From the NCBI GenBank assembly GCA_043228905.1, contig JBHGNT010000014.1:2418001-2482000 (forward strand): a stretch of DNA of 64,000 bases, given 5' to 3'. Below the pieces are notes generated by a model that saw only the letters and a program-made list of their open reading frames with translations, searched no databases and was not told where the DNA came from. The stretch comes from Azolla caroliniana. Taxonomy: Eukaryota; Plantae; Polypodiophyta. The position numbers were made by a program, and so were the translations under genes. Below are positions 1 through 12,163 of this stretch, piece by piece (within the stretch, counting starts at the first letter, position 1; every line of letters begins with the position of its first letter).

Positions 1-371
1 AGGGTTAACTTCACAGACAACTCTCTCTCTGATCCAGGTCAGCAACTAGAAACAAAATTCACATATATGTATTGTTCTGATCTTCTTTATGAGCAATTCA
101 GCGTTAATACCATGTTACAAAGGCACTACGGCTCTTCTGTGTGCATAGCGGATCGTGATGTGCTAGATCGTTTAGTGCTCAAGACAGAAAGGAGAAGGGG
201 AAGGAGACTTACCTCTGCACAGTCCAAAAACTTCTATTCCATTACACGCAGAGCTCAACTTGCTCTCGTCTGTTTTCTGTTTTCTATTCATACAACTCTC
301 TACACTACTCTCACTCTTCTCACTTTTCTACTTCTACACTTACATTTTACCTAAGTATATAAGTGACTTAT

Positions 372-1079
372 TGTTGGGAATATGTCCCTCCAATGGGAGG
401 AAGAACCGACTGATCGGAAAGCCGACAGTCGATGACAGGGAAGATCCGACTGTTCGAAAAACCGACAGTCAAAGAGTCGAAAATAGTGAGACGATTGTTT
501 GAAGATTCGACTATTATTATTATAGTAATAATGATGATGTGTGGAAACAGATCTCTCCGGACAGGGAGAGAGAGGAGCTAAGTAGATGAGGGACTCAGTC
601 GAGGCCGATAGCTTGAGGCCGAAACCGAAATCGTGTAAATAGCCAACTCGGGAGACTATAATTGTAAATAGTCTAAGTGTGCGCCCCACGAGGGCTAGGT
701 ATGTAAATAGCCAGAAAGTTGTGTAAGTATATACGCAACTAGGGAAAACTTTAATGTAAGTGGAACAACGTGACGAACAGAGAGTCAGAGAGTGTGCAGA
801 GAGTGAGAGTGTGTGAGAGAAGAAGGAAGAGTCGCGCCATAGCTCTGTGTGTGTAACAGCAGATGCACTCGTGAGAGAGAGTGTTGTAATCTTCTCGGCA
901 TTGTATATCCACTATTTGTATAGTGAAGAATCTGTTCCCGTGGTTTTCCCCGTTTTAGGGTTTTCCACGTAAATCTCTGTGTATACTTTTGTTAATCTTG
1001 TCTTTCTGTATTTCTGCAATTCGTATTTCAGTGCATAGTTTGTTCATTGTGATTTATATTCCGCAACGATTTCTCAACA
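372..1079 (+). mobile_element. Solo LTR (copia-type), 708 bp
   Basis: TGTTGGGAA...TTCTCAACA inverted termini with exact 5-bp TSD CTTAT (367-371, 1080-1084). Its CCCGTGGTTTTCCC...AGGGTTTTCCACGT block is shared with the LTRs of the 21015-26328 copia. Confidence 0.9.
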
Positions 1080-1089
1080 CTTATATATG

Positions 1090-1200
1090 CAGTTAATTAG
1101 CTGCAAATAGCTAATTAGCTTACTGTAGCTAAATAGCTATGCATAGCTAAATAGTTGTTTCACCTTTATGTCCACTAGTAGCTAATTAGCTTATAGCTAC
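1090..1200. repeat. Cluster of palindromic TAGCTAATTAGCT-type motifs
   Basis: Same motif as at 26770-26820, 34815-35420 and 39120-41310. Possibly the end of a related DNA transposon. Confidence 0.6.
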
Positions 1201-1445
1201 TATACCTTATTTCTCACTAAGCATCACATACCTTTGTTGAGCTTGCTCCTCAACAGTGAGCGCACCAGCACCAGGTACGACTCGACGCCACGGCGGTGGT
1301 ATGGGACGTCGATCGAGGCTCGAGTCCGTCTCGATCCCTTCGCTCGGGGGTGGTCGGGTGGATCGGCACCTTTCTTTCGCTCTCTCCTTTCTTATTTCAT
1401 ATATCTTTTATCCTTATCATATGCTTACATTCAATCATCACTCTA

Positions 1446-1873
1446 ACACCGGATAGCAATAGAGAATATGCACAGGTTTAATGGAAAGCTTAATCACACA
1501 AAGAGTACACGGGAGAGACAGAGAGGGTAGAACAGTAAAACTCAATTTAAAATAAAAACACTCTATAGACTCTTTACATACAATGTGCTCAGTGAGCACT
1601 TTTATACAAGTCCTTAAAAGGACTGATAGAAGTACTGACATGTAATTCAATGCTCATACGAGCGACTTACGGTGACTCCTAAAAATATGCCTACGTAGTA
1701 AGCTAGATTTCGTAGGCCTCTAATGGCCTACCGGTTAATACTGATCCGAATTACGATCCGGCTCCTAGTTCCGGATACCAATCCGGACATTGATCCGGTT
1801 CTTTGATCTGAACTCCGATCTAGCTCTAGCTTATTCAGCCGATCCGGATCCGGTTGAGCTTGTCCGCCCAACA
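1446..1873 (-). mobile_element. Copia family A LTR remnant
   Basis: Minus strand starts TGTTGGGCGGACAAGCTCAAC and shares the GTCAGTACTTCT..CAGTCCTTTTAAGGACTTGTATAAAA core with the LTRs at 13527 and 27358. The left end is approximate. Confidence 0.75.
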
Positions 1874-1924
1874 ATATTCATTGAAGACATGTCATTTTCT
1901 TGAATTCATTATTCTTCCAATGAA

Positions 1925-2342
1925 CATCAATTTTATTACTTTTTAAATAATAATAAATAGAAATGACACTTGTGATGAGTGCTACCCAAACTAATGGGTA
2001 CAAACTAGCTTTCCATCTGTGCCAGAAAATATAAAGTTTACCAAAAAACCAGATAGTGGAGGAATACCTCCGAGGGATGGTGGACGGAAAATCGAAGAGA
2101 GTGTTAGAACATGATCCTTTGTATATGATGGTGTATAATCTCGAATATTATCAGTTCCAATTTGCAAACTAAATAGAGTAACACAAGCAAAAGTTCTAAG
2201 GTTAGTGAGTATATAAATAAGGATATAGGTTATAGTACTTGCATAACCATTTTCAGGGTCTGTAGCAATTATTCCAATCAAGATATAGCCAATTTGACTT
2301 ATATAGGAGTATGCTAGCATACGTTTCATGCTTCTTTGTGTA
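1925..2342 (-). pseudogene. ndhB: Nuclear plastid DNA (NUPT): 3' part of ndhB, frameshifted
   Basis: [18 protein letters not shown]...GYAS.ITY...GTDNIRDY...TKD...[11 protein letters not shown], then a shifted-frame [12 protein letters not shown], match NdhB. Confidence 0.9.
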
Positions 2343-4099
2343 CGATGCCATTATGAAACACCAATCAAATCATTGGTTCGTTGGTCTGGTTTGAAGTAGG
2401 GGGGATATTGATTACCATAGATCTACTTATGGTTTTTTTATGCATGACAATAAAAAAACAAAAATCTGTTAGAGTCTCATTTGCAAAACCAAATTTTTAG
2501 GAATAACATTGGTCATTAAAGGACTATGGTTGGAGACTCCAGTAAAAGAAAATCAACTATGCAAACCACTACAATCAAATATCTTCAAAGATAATATATC
2601 GTGCATATACTTCACAAAGAATCCAAAGCACTCAAAAAAAATGAATCATGTCAATGTAAAATACCACTTCATAAGATAATTGACTGGAAAAAAACAATAT
2701 TGTATTCGAGTTTACACTAACAAATGATACATGGGTGGTTTCTTGACAACCTTATATCTTGACAATTTAGTATTACAAAGAGTATTGTTTACACTATTGC
2801 ATCAAAGTCATGAGATTGAGAAAACCCAAGTTTGATCCTTACCCAAAGATCAACCTCATTTCATAGACACAATGACCCTCCCTTAGACATTAAAAGTCTC
2901 TGTCATATGCACGCACACTTCCATATTTGTATAGAATTAATTCAAAAATATGTTTCTTTTATTTGACAAAACCACTAATTAATAAGGTGTCAAGTCATAC
3001 CAAATCTTATTGAAAGAGCTTAAATTGGTCATATTACAAGGAGTGGATTTTGAGATTTTGAACAAGAGACAATGAGTTCAAAAGGTCAATAAATTTGTCG
3101 ATAAGGCATGGAGGCAAACTAGCAATTACATAAAAAAAAAAAACATAACTATGTTTAAAAGACTTATTCCCAAAGTTTCCCATATTTATGTGTAAATACG
3201 CCTATGTTTTCAATTGTTACTATTGAGGCCACTCTTACTCTTTGATTAATGTTAATATCTCTTTGATTACTCCAATTTGATTAACCAACAATTACTTGTT
3301 CTAAGGTTAGAGCCAACAAAAGTAAATGAAAAAGGGTTATTTGGGGAATTTTTAGAAACCTAGGGATATCCTATTAGATATTGGACACCTTGAAGCATGC
3401 TTTAAAGGTTAACATTTTTAGTAAACAATGTGATTATCATGATAGGTTAGTTTCCTAATTAATTTAACTTTAGTTTTCAATGCCGGTTGTTTACTTGATA
3501 ACTTGGAAGTAGTAAAACTGAGGGAGACATGTATGTGTGTTTACTTGCACAGACAAAATCAGATGACTATAAAACATGAAAACGAGTCATGATAGAATGA
3601 TGAACACAAATCCCAAGGAAATACAACCCCCCAAATGTCATAAGGAAAATCCCTTGGATCCAAACCATATGATGCAAACAAACAAGAACAAACACATGAA
3701 CAAGTGCGCGTAAAACATGCGGTATCCCTCATTTTATAATGTTCTATGACAACAATTGTCAAAACACAAGACCAAATGGATTAGCAAGAACGACATATCA
3801 TTTTTCTATAGTCGATAAATCAAGGGGAACAATTCTCTGGGTAGCCAATGCCTAAAGTACCACAGGTACTTGAGGTTTCCATGAACGAGTACTAAAACAG
3901 GAGAGTTCTAACTCATCATACATTTAATGTTTTATTTCCAACCTAGATTTAGTTTTATGCATGCAAGCTCACAAGCTATGTACCTTTCGGATTGTTTAAT
4001 ATAACGAGAATGATGCCTTTCAAACCATCACTTTGGGTCCCATATTTGATCAATCAAAGGATGCCTTCAAATTCTTTCACTCTGCCAATGGAAGCTCTT

Positions 4100-6200
4100 G
4101 ATTATAAGACATGTTTGAGAGTTGCGAAAATATAAGCATTTTGATGGTTCATGACAAAGGAGCAAGAGAATGAGCATGTCAATCTATCTATCAAATTGAT
4201 TGTCCATGGCCCCACATTTTATCAATTGGAAGGACAACACCGAATCCTTTTGCTCTACCGATGGAACCACTTGCTTATATAAGACAAGTGGAGACGTAAG
4301 CTTGTTGATAGTTCACCAATTGGCAAATGGAATCATTAGAACTCCAACATCGGTGGAGTTACGATGTTTTTCATCTAATTAGCTTAGTTTCTATGTGACC
4401 CACTTTGTCTTATGCAATGAACACTCTATAGTGATGTACAACCAATATATTTATAGTTGATCATGTTTTCCCAATCCAAAGCAAGACCATGAACATGAAG
4501 CTTTGGGTTCCAAATCATTGAATGACATGCACATTTTAAAAAAGAATACATTAAACATGAGGTGTCCAATCTAATCTTCGACAAAGTGACTTGTTATTTC
4601 TCATCGTGTTCTTTTCATTTTGGAAAATGGTCAACGTGTAAAAAATTGCAAAAGAGAACTTTGACCATGAATATCAAGAAAGTTCTTGTAGAAAGTATGC
4701 AAATGGACTTTTTGATGTTCATAAGAGTCATACCTATCAAATGGCGAATAATCAAATCAAACATATGGGGCATCAACAATGCTCCTCTCAAAATTGATAT
4801 GACCTTCCTTTTAAGGAATTTATCTCTAAATGTTATGATTCTACTTGCTATGTCCAAATGTTTAAAGGTTAGATAAGATTAGATATTTTTTTGTGTTCAC
4901 TGAGAGGCCAATAAAGAGGGTAAATACCATAAAAATTCTTACAATTGGTAAAAAGTGTTTGTATGATACCTCAAACTCTAAAAAACTTGTCACATTCTTC
5001 CAAACTCATGGTTAAGTCCCTAATCATTATGTAACTTCTACTTTAGTCCCGATTTATAATGCTCACAGTCTTAATCCTATTAATTTCCAGATCACATATC
5101 ATGGTACTGAAACCATCTTAAATCACCTCCACTCCATGAATCGTTATAACACCTTAATTAATCTCATCTTTATCGACATATTGTTGTGAGACTAGAGGAG
5201 TTTCTAGTGATAAACATTCATCTTAATTCACTTGATTGATTAAATTTTATTTTCATTAAAACAACATACAGTTGAAATGATGGGGTACCTTATTCATAAA
5301 CTATGAATAGGGAAAGAGGATATTGTTCCCCTTAGACATAAGTAAGTTTGGTACAAAACATGAAGATCGAAATTGAAGAACATTTTTGGACATCACAATT
5401 AAGCATTTCATGGATACCACTTTTCGTGGTCATTCCTCAAAGAGTCACATAGAAAATAGGTTTTCATGTGAGTCTATAGAGAGGATGTGCCAACAAAACA
5501 TTTCTTTAACTTATTTTGAATGCAACTTACAGTTCACGACACTTATTAATTGCCCCGCACACATGATGGAGCTTTTTTTTCTTTAGGAACTTCGAGGAGC
5601 TTATGTGTAAAATGTGCTCAAGCCATCCCCAACTTGTTACATTCTTTGCTTTTGAGAGAAATTATGTTATTCAAGTTAGAAATCGGAAAGATAGGTTTGC
5701 AATATGCTTCATTCGTCCACATTGGAATCGTCTATGACCTAATGCTTCTGCTTCATAAAGATATTTATAATATCCCTCTTTGTAAATCACTAGACTCTAA
5801 AGTCAAAAATGCAATGAGATTCGATTTCCAAAATTCCATCATTCTTGAGGTTATATTTCTCCCACGACATGCGTCGAAGGTCAGCCACATAACTTCTAAG
5901 AATTCGAACATTGAAAATTTTACAACCTTTCAAGTATGAAGTGATGGTTCTTCCTTGACACATATTTACTGTTAGGGGGGTCCATGATGAGGTGCTTTTT
6001 TGATGGTAATGCAAGAGTGACCATGATGAGGTGTCGTGCTCCATTGACAAAATGAGGAAATATTGGAGGATGACACAAAGACAAGACTATCTTACGCGGA
6101 AATGGGCATTGATCATAGGCAAAAGTATAGTAAGAATTATTCCACGTTGGTCCAAGTTTGTATTCGATCTCAGTGCAAGTGGTATAAACAAATAAGGACA
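4100..6200 (-). mobile_element. Highly degenerate L1-type LINE ORF2 remnant
   Basis: Minus-strand traces resemble RT motifs in order: *GTPSFQLYVVLM (QGxPLSPxLF, ~5255-5295) and LVSQQYVD (QYADD, ~5170-5197). Many stops; boundaries approximate. Confidence 0.4.
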
Positions 6201-6731
6201 CTGATAAGTTTGATGCTTAACCCTACAAGATCCTTTGTATAGCCTCCACTCCACGTAGGAGAGATATGACATTGATTTTTCAATTATACCATCCAACATA
6301 TGTATAGTCGGTCATCAAGATGCACACGTGGTATTTTACGGTGCGTGCGCATGGGCCAACTATATTTACATACTAAAATCAAGCTTGGCCCATTCATTGG
6401 TTTGTGTCTAGTTCACATTCCCCCCCACCCACCCATAAACCTTAATTGTTGTCGCGTGGCTTACCAAACACCGAGTCCAAAAGGTTGTGAAGAATGCCAT
6501 CCCTCCCAACACCCGTTGTCCATTAGGCTATTGCCCCATCGGATGCGGCACGACGAATGCCAGACAGACATAAACAGACACACAGGCACAGGAAAAGAGA
6601 GGTGTGAAGAATGAAGTTCTCAAGAGAGTGAGAAGAACATTCGTGCGCGCTCGGGCTCCGACTCGAACTCGAGGCCGAAAGTCGGTTTCTGAGTGCTCAT
6701 AGGCTCAAATTTTAGGGTTTGGAGAGAGTAA

Positions 6732-6940
6732 GAGAGAGAGAGAGAGAGAGCTAGAGGGACCCACCATGTCTAAACAGAGTGAGAAGAAGAGGAAGAAGTA
6801 GAAAAAGGGTAACATGTGGGGCTCTCGAAATGCTCACTCAACTCTCATCTTTCTCTCTCTTTCTCTTTCTCTCTCTCTCTCTCTGAGAGGGCAACAGGTA
6901 AGCAAAATCACTCTAATTTACAGCTGAGCTACCACTGTGT

Positions 6941-6974
<34 letters not shown>

Positions 6975-7058
6975 ACCCTCAGCTTGAGATCTGTTACATA
7001 GGGAAAAGCATCCATGGCATCAATCTAGTTACTTCCTTGATTCCATTAAGGCTTCATC

Positions 7059-7104
<46 letters not shown>

Positions 7105-7120
7105 GTATATGTATATATAT
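6732..7120. repeat. (GA/CT)n and (AT)n microsatellites upstream of ARO, with a candidate 5'-UTR intron
   Basis: GA/CT runs at ~6732, ~6850 and ~6944; AT run at ~7059-7120. CAG|GTAAGC donor-like site at ~6898. Confidence 0.6.
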
Positions 7121-7221
7121 CATCATAATTTTATGCACATACCTATTTTGGCACTTACCTTCAAGATTTTCCCACTCTTCTGGTTTTGGGGTAGATGTAA
7201 AAGAATGTTCATCTTCCTTTG

Positions 7222-9243
7222 ATGGGCGGCAAAGCTGAGGAACTCCTGCGGGATCCCATCGAGCTCACGAACACCGTCCGCAAAGCCCTAAAAGACTCCA
7301 ATTCCTTCAAGCAAGAGTGCGCGGAGCTCATCGAGAAGGTGGAGAAGCTCGCGAGCCTCTTATACACGGCCGCCCGCCTCTTCGGCCATAATGGGACGAA
7401 CCTCTACGAATGCCCGGCCCGACGGATCACAGCCGAGGTGTCCAAGACCCTCGACAAGACCAATGTGCTTCTGAGGAAGTGCAGAAAGAGCCGGAGCGGG
7501 GTAGTGACACGATTGGTGAACATGATCTCGAAAGCTCCCGATTTCCGGAAGGCAAGCATGTCATTGGATGCATCGATCGGTAATGTGTCGTGGCTTCTCA
7601 ATGTGTGTGGATATGTACATGAAGAAGGGGGTAAAGGGGGAGGAAGAGGTATGGAAGGCTTGCCGCCCATTGCAAACATGGATCCGATGCTCGCTTGGGT
7701 GTGGGAGCAAATCGCTCTCGTCCACGGAGGAAGCCCGATTGAGAAAGAAGAAGGAGCCCATTGCCTCACTTCATTGGCAACGGATAGTGACAGGAATCGG
7801 AAGCTTATCATTGACGAAGGCGGGGTTCGGCCATTGCTAAAGCTCCTTAAAGAAGGAGCTACGATAAAGGGCCGCCTCGCATCGGCCACTGCTCTCGGGA
7901 CCTTGGCATTGGCCGGCCGTGAATGGGTGCAACGGATGCATGACGATGGGATGTCATTGGTTTTTCTCCATATCCTCCAAGAGGGCCCCATGAAGCTGCA
8001 AGCCAAGGTTGCTTGGGCTATAGCCGAAATGGCGTCCCAAGCCCCTGGCCTACAAAATGTGTTCTTCGACGATGATATCGTTCGGCTCCTTGTCTCACTG
8101 TTGATCTTTGGAAGCATCGATCGAAGCAATGCACAGAAAGTTACCCTAAGAAGCAACACAATGCATTCGGTCTCATCGAGATTGAATGGAGGAGTCATAG
8201 CTTCGATGGCATCACCTCCTCTCGGTAGTAGGCCTTACATGAAGACCATGAGATCTTACAATGGCCGGCTCGAAGGTCCATGCCATGACAACACCTCTAT
8301 GGATCGGAAATCGGACAATGGGTTTCATCTTCACCGGGAAACTGTATCGATACCTGACATTGTTAAGCTACGGCAAACTGTTAGTCATTCCCGGGGCTTC
8401 AGCGACTCGTACTCCCACCTCGAGTTTCTGAAACGGGGCCGGAGAGAAAACGAAGATCCGGAAACGAAAAGAGAGCTCAAGGTCGAGGTTACATTGGCAC
8501 TATGGAAGTTAGCGAGAGACAATGTCAAGATCAGTCGAAAGATTACCGAGACGAAGGCGCTCATATGTTTGGCGGAGATGATCGAGAAAGAAACAGGGGA
8601 GGTGCAGAGGAATGCGGTTATGGCGGTTATGGAAATCGCGGCCTCAGCAGAGGAGGATCCCGAGTTGAGGAGGTTCGCATTCAAGACGAATTCCCGAGCA
8701 GCGAGATCGGTGGTAGAGCAGCTACTCCGAATAGTCGAGTCGGGAATCGAGGCATCGGGCGAGGAGCTATTGGTGCCATGTGTGAAAGCGATCGGATGCT
8801 TGGCCCGGACATTTCCGGCAAAAGAGGTACACGTAATCGAGACCTTGGTTCATCAATTAGAGAATCCCGAACCCAAAGTTGTGGTCGAAGCGTGCTTGGC
8901 CCTCCAAAAGTTTGTGAATCCGACCAACTTCTTGCATGTCGAGCACTCGAAGACCATCTCCGATTCGGTTGCCATCCATCGCATTGTAGAAATCCTCCTC
9001 ATAGATGGCGTGAATGCAAAGGACTCTTCTCAATTGCCAATGCTCACATTACTGTGCTACCTTGCGCAAAATCTGCCTAGCCACGATGTTTTCTTAGAGA
9101 CCGACACACTCAAAGTACTCAAGGCCATTCTTATTGCATGCACTTCTTCAGGTAATGTAACACAAGAATTAGAGCGAGTCAAGGAGGATCTCTTGTTAGC
9201 AATCCAGAGTCTTGAGCTCTATCAAGGAGTAACACAGCCTTAA
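7222..9243 (+). CDS. ARO: ARMADILLO REPEAT ONLY (ARO)-family protein, single exon, 673 aa
   Basis: Uninterrupted ORF from ATG 7222. Family motifs SFKQEC, LYE.P.RRI, SIG.VSWLL, GLPPIA..P.L..VW.QIA, GGV.PLLKLLKEG, GRRENEDP..K, ALW.LA..N, LRR.AFK.NS. Two ARM blocks are separated by a Ser-rich spacer. Confidence 0.92.
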   Translation: MGGKAEELLRDPIELTNTVRKALKDSNSFKQECAELIEKVEKLASLLYTAARLFGHNGTNLYECPARRITAEVSKTLDKTNVLLRKCRKSRSGVVTRLVNMISKAPDFRKASMSLDASIGNVSWLLNVCGYVHEEGGKGGGRGMEGLPPIANMDPMLAWVWEQIALVHGGSPIEKEEGAHCLTSLATDSDRNRKLIIDEGGVRPLLKLLKEGATIKGRLASATALGTLALAGREWVQRMHDDGMSLVFLHILQEGPMKLQAKVAWAIAEMASQAPGLQNVFFDDDIVRLLVSLLIFGSIDRSNAQKVTLRSNTMHSVSSRLNGGVIASMASPPLGSRPYMKTMRSYNGRLEGPCHDNTSMDRKSDNGFHLHRETVSIPDIVKLRQTVSHSRGFSDSYSHLEFLKRGRRENEDPETKRELKVEVTLALWKLARDNVKISRKITETKALICLAEMIEKETGEVQRNAVMAVMEIAASAEEDPELRRFAFKTNSRAARSVVEQLLRIVESGIEASGEELLVPCVKAIGCLARTFPAKEVHVIETLVHQLENPEPKVVVEACLALQKFVNPTNFLHVEHSKTISDSVAIHRIVEILLIDGVNAKDSSQLPMLTLLCYLAQNLPSHDVFLETDTLKVLKAILIACTSSGNVTQELERVKEDLLLAIQSLELYQGVTQP

Positions 9244-9354
9244 GCAAAAATGTGTTATGCTTTTGTTGAAGCCCCCTCATTAAATTTCTTGTATCAAATC
9301 CTCTCTCTCTCTATATATATATATAGTTATACATATATATACATATATTGTTGT

Positions 9355-9770
9355 CTATTCTGTGGATGATAAGAATCCATCCATCTCACTTGTTTTGCTT
9401 CTTATGTTCTAATTTTCAACCAAGACAAGTTATGTATTAGAAAGAAACCTCTGTGAGAACAAACACCCTCTCCTACCAATCTAAATTGGAGTTAGGTTTC
9501 TACTACTTTGATGTAATAAATGAGTTGTAGATTAGTAATTTTCTTCTGGAAAACATCTATTCACATCCTCCTGCATTAAATTGGCCTATTCTGTGGATGA
9601 TAACAGTCCACCCATTTCACCTGTTTTGCCTATGTCTTTGAGATCCTTGATTGCTCTGACTTTCAACTAAGATAGGTGTGCATTAGAAACCCTTGCGAGA
9701 ACTAATACCATTGCCTATCAATTGGAATTTAATTTAGCTGCTTTCTGCTTTGATGTAATAAATGAGTTCT
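9355..9770. repeat. Diverged ~180-bp direct duplication downstream of ARO
   Basis: CTATTCTGTGGATGATAA...TTTGATGTAATAAATGAGTT occurs at ~9355-9530 and ~9586-9770. Confidence 0.7.
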
Positions 9771-9947
9771 AGATGCATTTCTGTTTCATTACTTAAGGGG
9801 AACATTAAATCGCCTTATGCTTGACATTGACAAATTGATGCAATGTACCTTGTGGCGCCAATGCTCCACATACAAATTTCAATTCTATTACAATAGATTA
9901 TGACAACAATTGTATATCTTATGTTTCAGTTGAATCCTATTTGACAT

Positions 9948-10326
9948 AACCAGGGAATTGTGCCTCTTCTATACATGATTGAGCAATCTCTGGTTTTAAC
10001 ATTGCTTTTCTGTATGTGAAATTTAACCAGGTAATTGTACCTCTTCTATGCATGCTTGAGCAATCTCTAGTTTAACATTGCTTTTCCGTATGTGAAATAT
10101 AACCAGGCAATTGTGGCTCTTCTTTATATGATTGAGCAATCTCTAGTTTAACATTGCTTTTCTGTATGTGAAATTTAACCAGGCAATTGTGCCTCTTCTA
10201 TACATGATTGAGCAATCTCTAGTTTAACATTGCTTTACTGTATGTGAAATTTAACCAGGCAATTGTGCCTCTTCTATACATGATTGAACAATCACTAGTT
10301 TAACATTGCTTTTCTGTATATGAAAC
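9948..10326. repeat. 76-bp minisatellite, 5 copies
   Basis: AACCAGG.AATTGTGCCTCTTCTATACATGATTGAGCAATCTCTAG... units start at 9948, 10025, 10101, 10177 and 10253. Confidence 0.9.
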
Positions 10327-10379
10327 TTTCAGTCACAACACAAAGCTATATAATCCGAAAGGCTATTTGACAGTGATTG

Positions 10380-10980
10380 TTTAATCATTGCGCCACAGTG
10401 AAAGGATTCATTCCCACCTTCAGAGAGGTTCAAAAGTTATTAGGTCAACATAAATCTGTATTTCCTTGCCATAGAATGATGCTACAGTTTAGGTAGCAAA
10501 AGCTTTATCTACTTGAACACACTTGCCTGTGATACAGAGATTTGCATGTTCTTAGCTCGCTCATCATATTTCGTCTTCATGATTGGTGACTTAAAATGGA
10601 GAAAAAGAGATTGTACACAGAATCAGCGTTCAACGCAGGCCAGATCTCGAGAGTGAACAGTGGAAATCGAGAGTTAAAGGCACAACCGTATCCAAGGATT
10701 GGGGAATTAAACCTTCCGATCAATGCTCCTAGACTTGTATAAAGATCATGTCGCCATTACCATTCCAGGAGACCAGATCTTTGGATTAAACGATGTTTTG
10801 TGGCTGCAAGAGCTGCACATGGGGCGCTGCTGAACTGAACCCTAACCCTAACCCTAACCCCAACGGTATGGTTGTACGGACGCTGGATTTATCCCTATCC
10901 AGCCATGGAATGAGGAGGCGTGCCTTTGGGGGGGACGAATAGACAGAGCAGGAGATAATGCACCTTACTCGATATACCAT
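10380..10980 (-). pseudogene. Probable PPR (PLS-class) gene remnant
   Basis: A transit-peptide-like start (MVYRVRC...) is followed by stops and PPR-like fragments KDLVSWN, EGLIP and GKEIQIYV...FE. Confidence 0.35.
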
Positions 10981-11431
10981 AGCAAAATCAGAGCATTCGT
11001 GTAAACGAAACCACAAACACAGAGAAACAGAAAACAAGCCAAGTAACGGAGACAGGATTACAAAAGAAAAGGCATGTAGCACTTCTATCTCAGGTTCGAT
11101 CACTTAGAAAACACACAGCAACAAAATGTTTCATCTTGAGGGATGTTGCCCTAATTTTATGAGGACGAAACACAGAGAGAAAGCCTCCTCCTCATCTTCA
11201 ATGGAGCAAATGCCAAAGCATATCACTGTAGGACCCAAGCGGCAGTCTTTCCGCCATAGCTAAGAAAGGGCAGATAACTGTTGACTCAGAAGATAGGGTC
11301 CTCCCGTCTGTGTGTGCATCTCTCTCTCTCTCTCTGTGTCTCTCACTGTTTCTCTCTGTTTCTCGCGGATCTCTGAGATGCAGAGTCCACCTTTCTTATA
11401 CTCCTAACCCTAACCCTAACCCTAACCCTAA
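10838..11431. repeat. Two short (CCCTAA)n telomere-like/telo-box tracts
   Basis: About 4 copies at 10838-10860 and about 5 at 11403-11431. Confidence 0.75.
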
Positions 11432-12163
11432 TTACTTGAAATGCTTTCACACTCGTGTCTTTTGGGCCCATAACAGTTTTGGATGGAAAATAAGCCATCG
11501 GGGGGAATGGCAGTTCTGGTCTTTTGATACCAGAATGTCTCTTAGATGTATTTAGCTGACGGAAAAAAGGCCATTAGTGGACAACACACGAGGAATGAAC
11601 ATGTTTAGAGAGTAGTGGTAGATAATGGTGTCTCTGATGACTATGGTTGGTGGCCTCGCCTAGAATCCAGGGTTCAACCCTTGATTCTAAAGCAAGTACG
11701 CAGGCTTCTTATTTTGGGGAATTCCGTAAGTCTAGCCGACATAGCAATTTACAACGGACGTAGAGTACTAGCTGCTTCGAACAATCTCTCTCTTTGAATC
11801 CTCCATAAGCTTCTTCATTCCTCCACAATCAAATGTGGTGCTTAGAGTTCATCTTGTATCCAAATAATGGATCCAGTTCTCAACAAAATACATAGTGTTT
11901 TGACATAGAGCTCTTTGGAAGTCTATGTAGTCCCTTCTTCGATGGTCTAATGAATCACTCCAGATATATCATCGACCCAAGTTGAGTTGACGATTTGAGA
12001 AGTTTCTTCTTTCATCCCTTCTAGCTTGAGCAATCTAAAGATCTTGAATCATGTTGGCCAATTCATCAACAGTTGTGATTCCAATCAACCCTAAACCACC
12101 TCATTCTTGGTCTTGTTGTCGTTGGTGGTGTATTTCTTTCATCTCATACTTTTCGTTCAATTG

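Noticed and set aside
7404-9080. Overlapping antisense and alternate-frame ORFs in ARO (and similar ones in the copia elements)
   Set aside because: These are shadow ORFs expected from GC-rich coding sequence, with no recognisable motifs.
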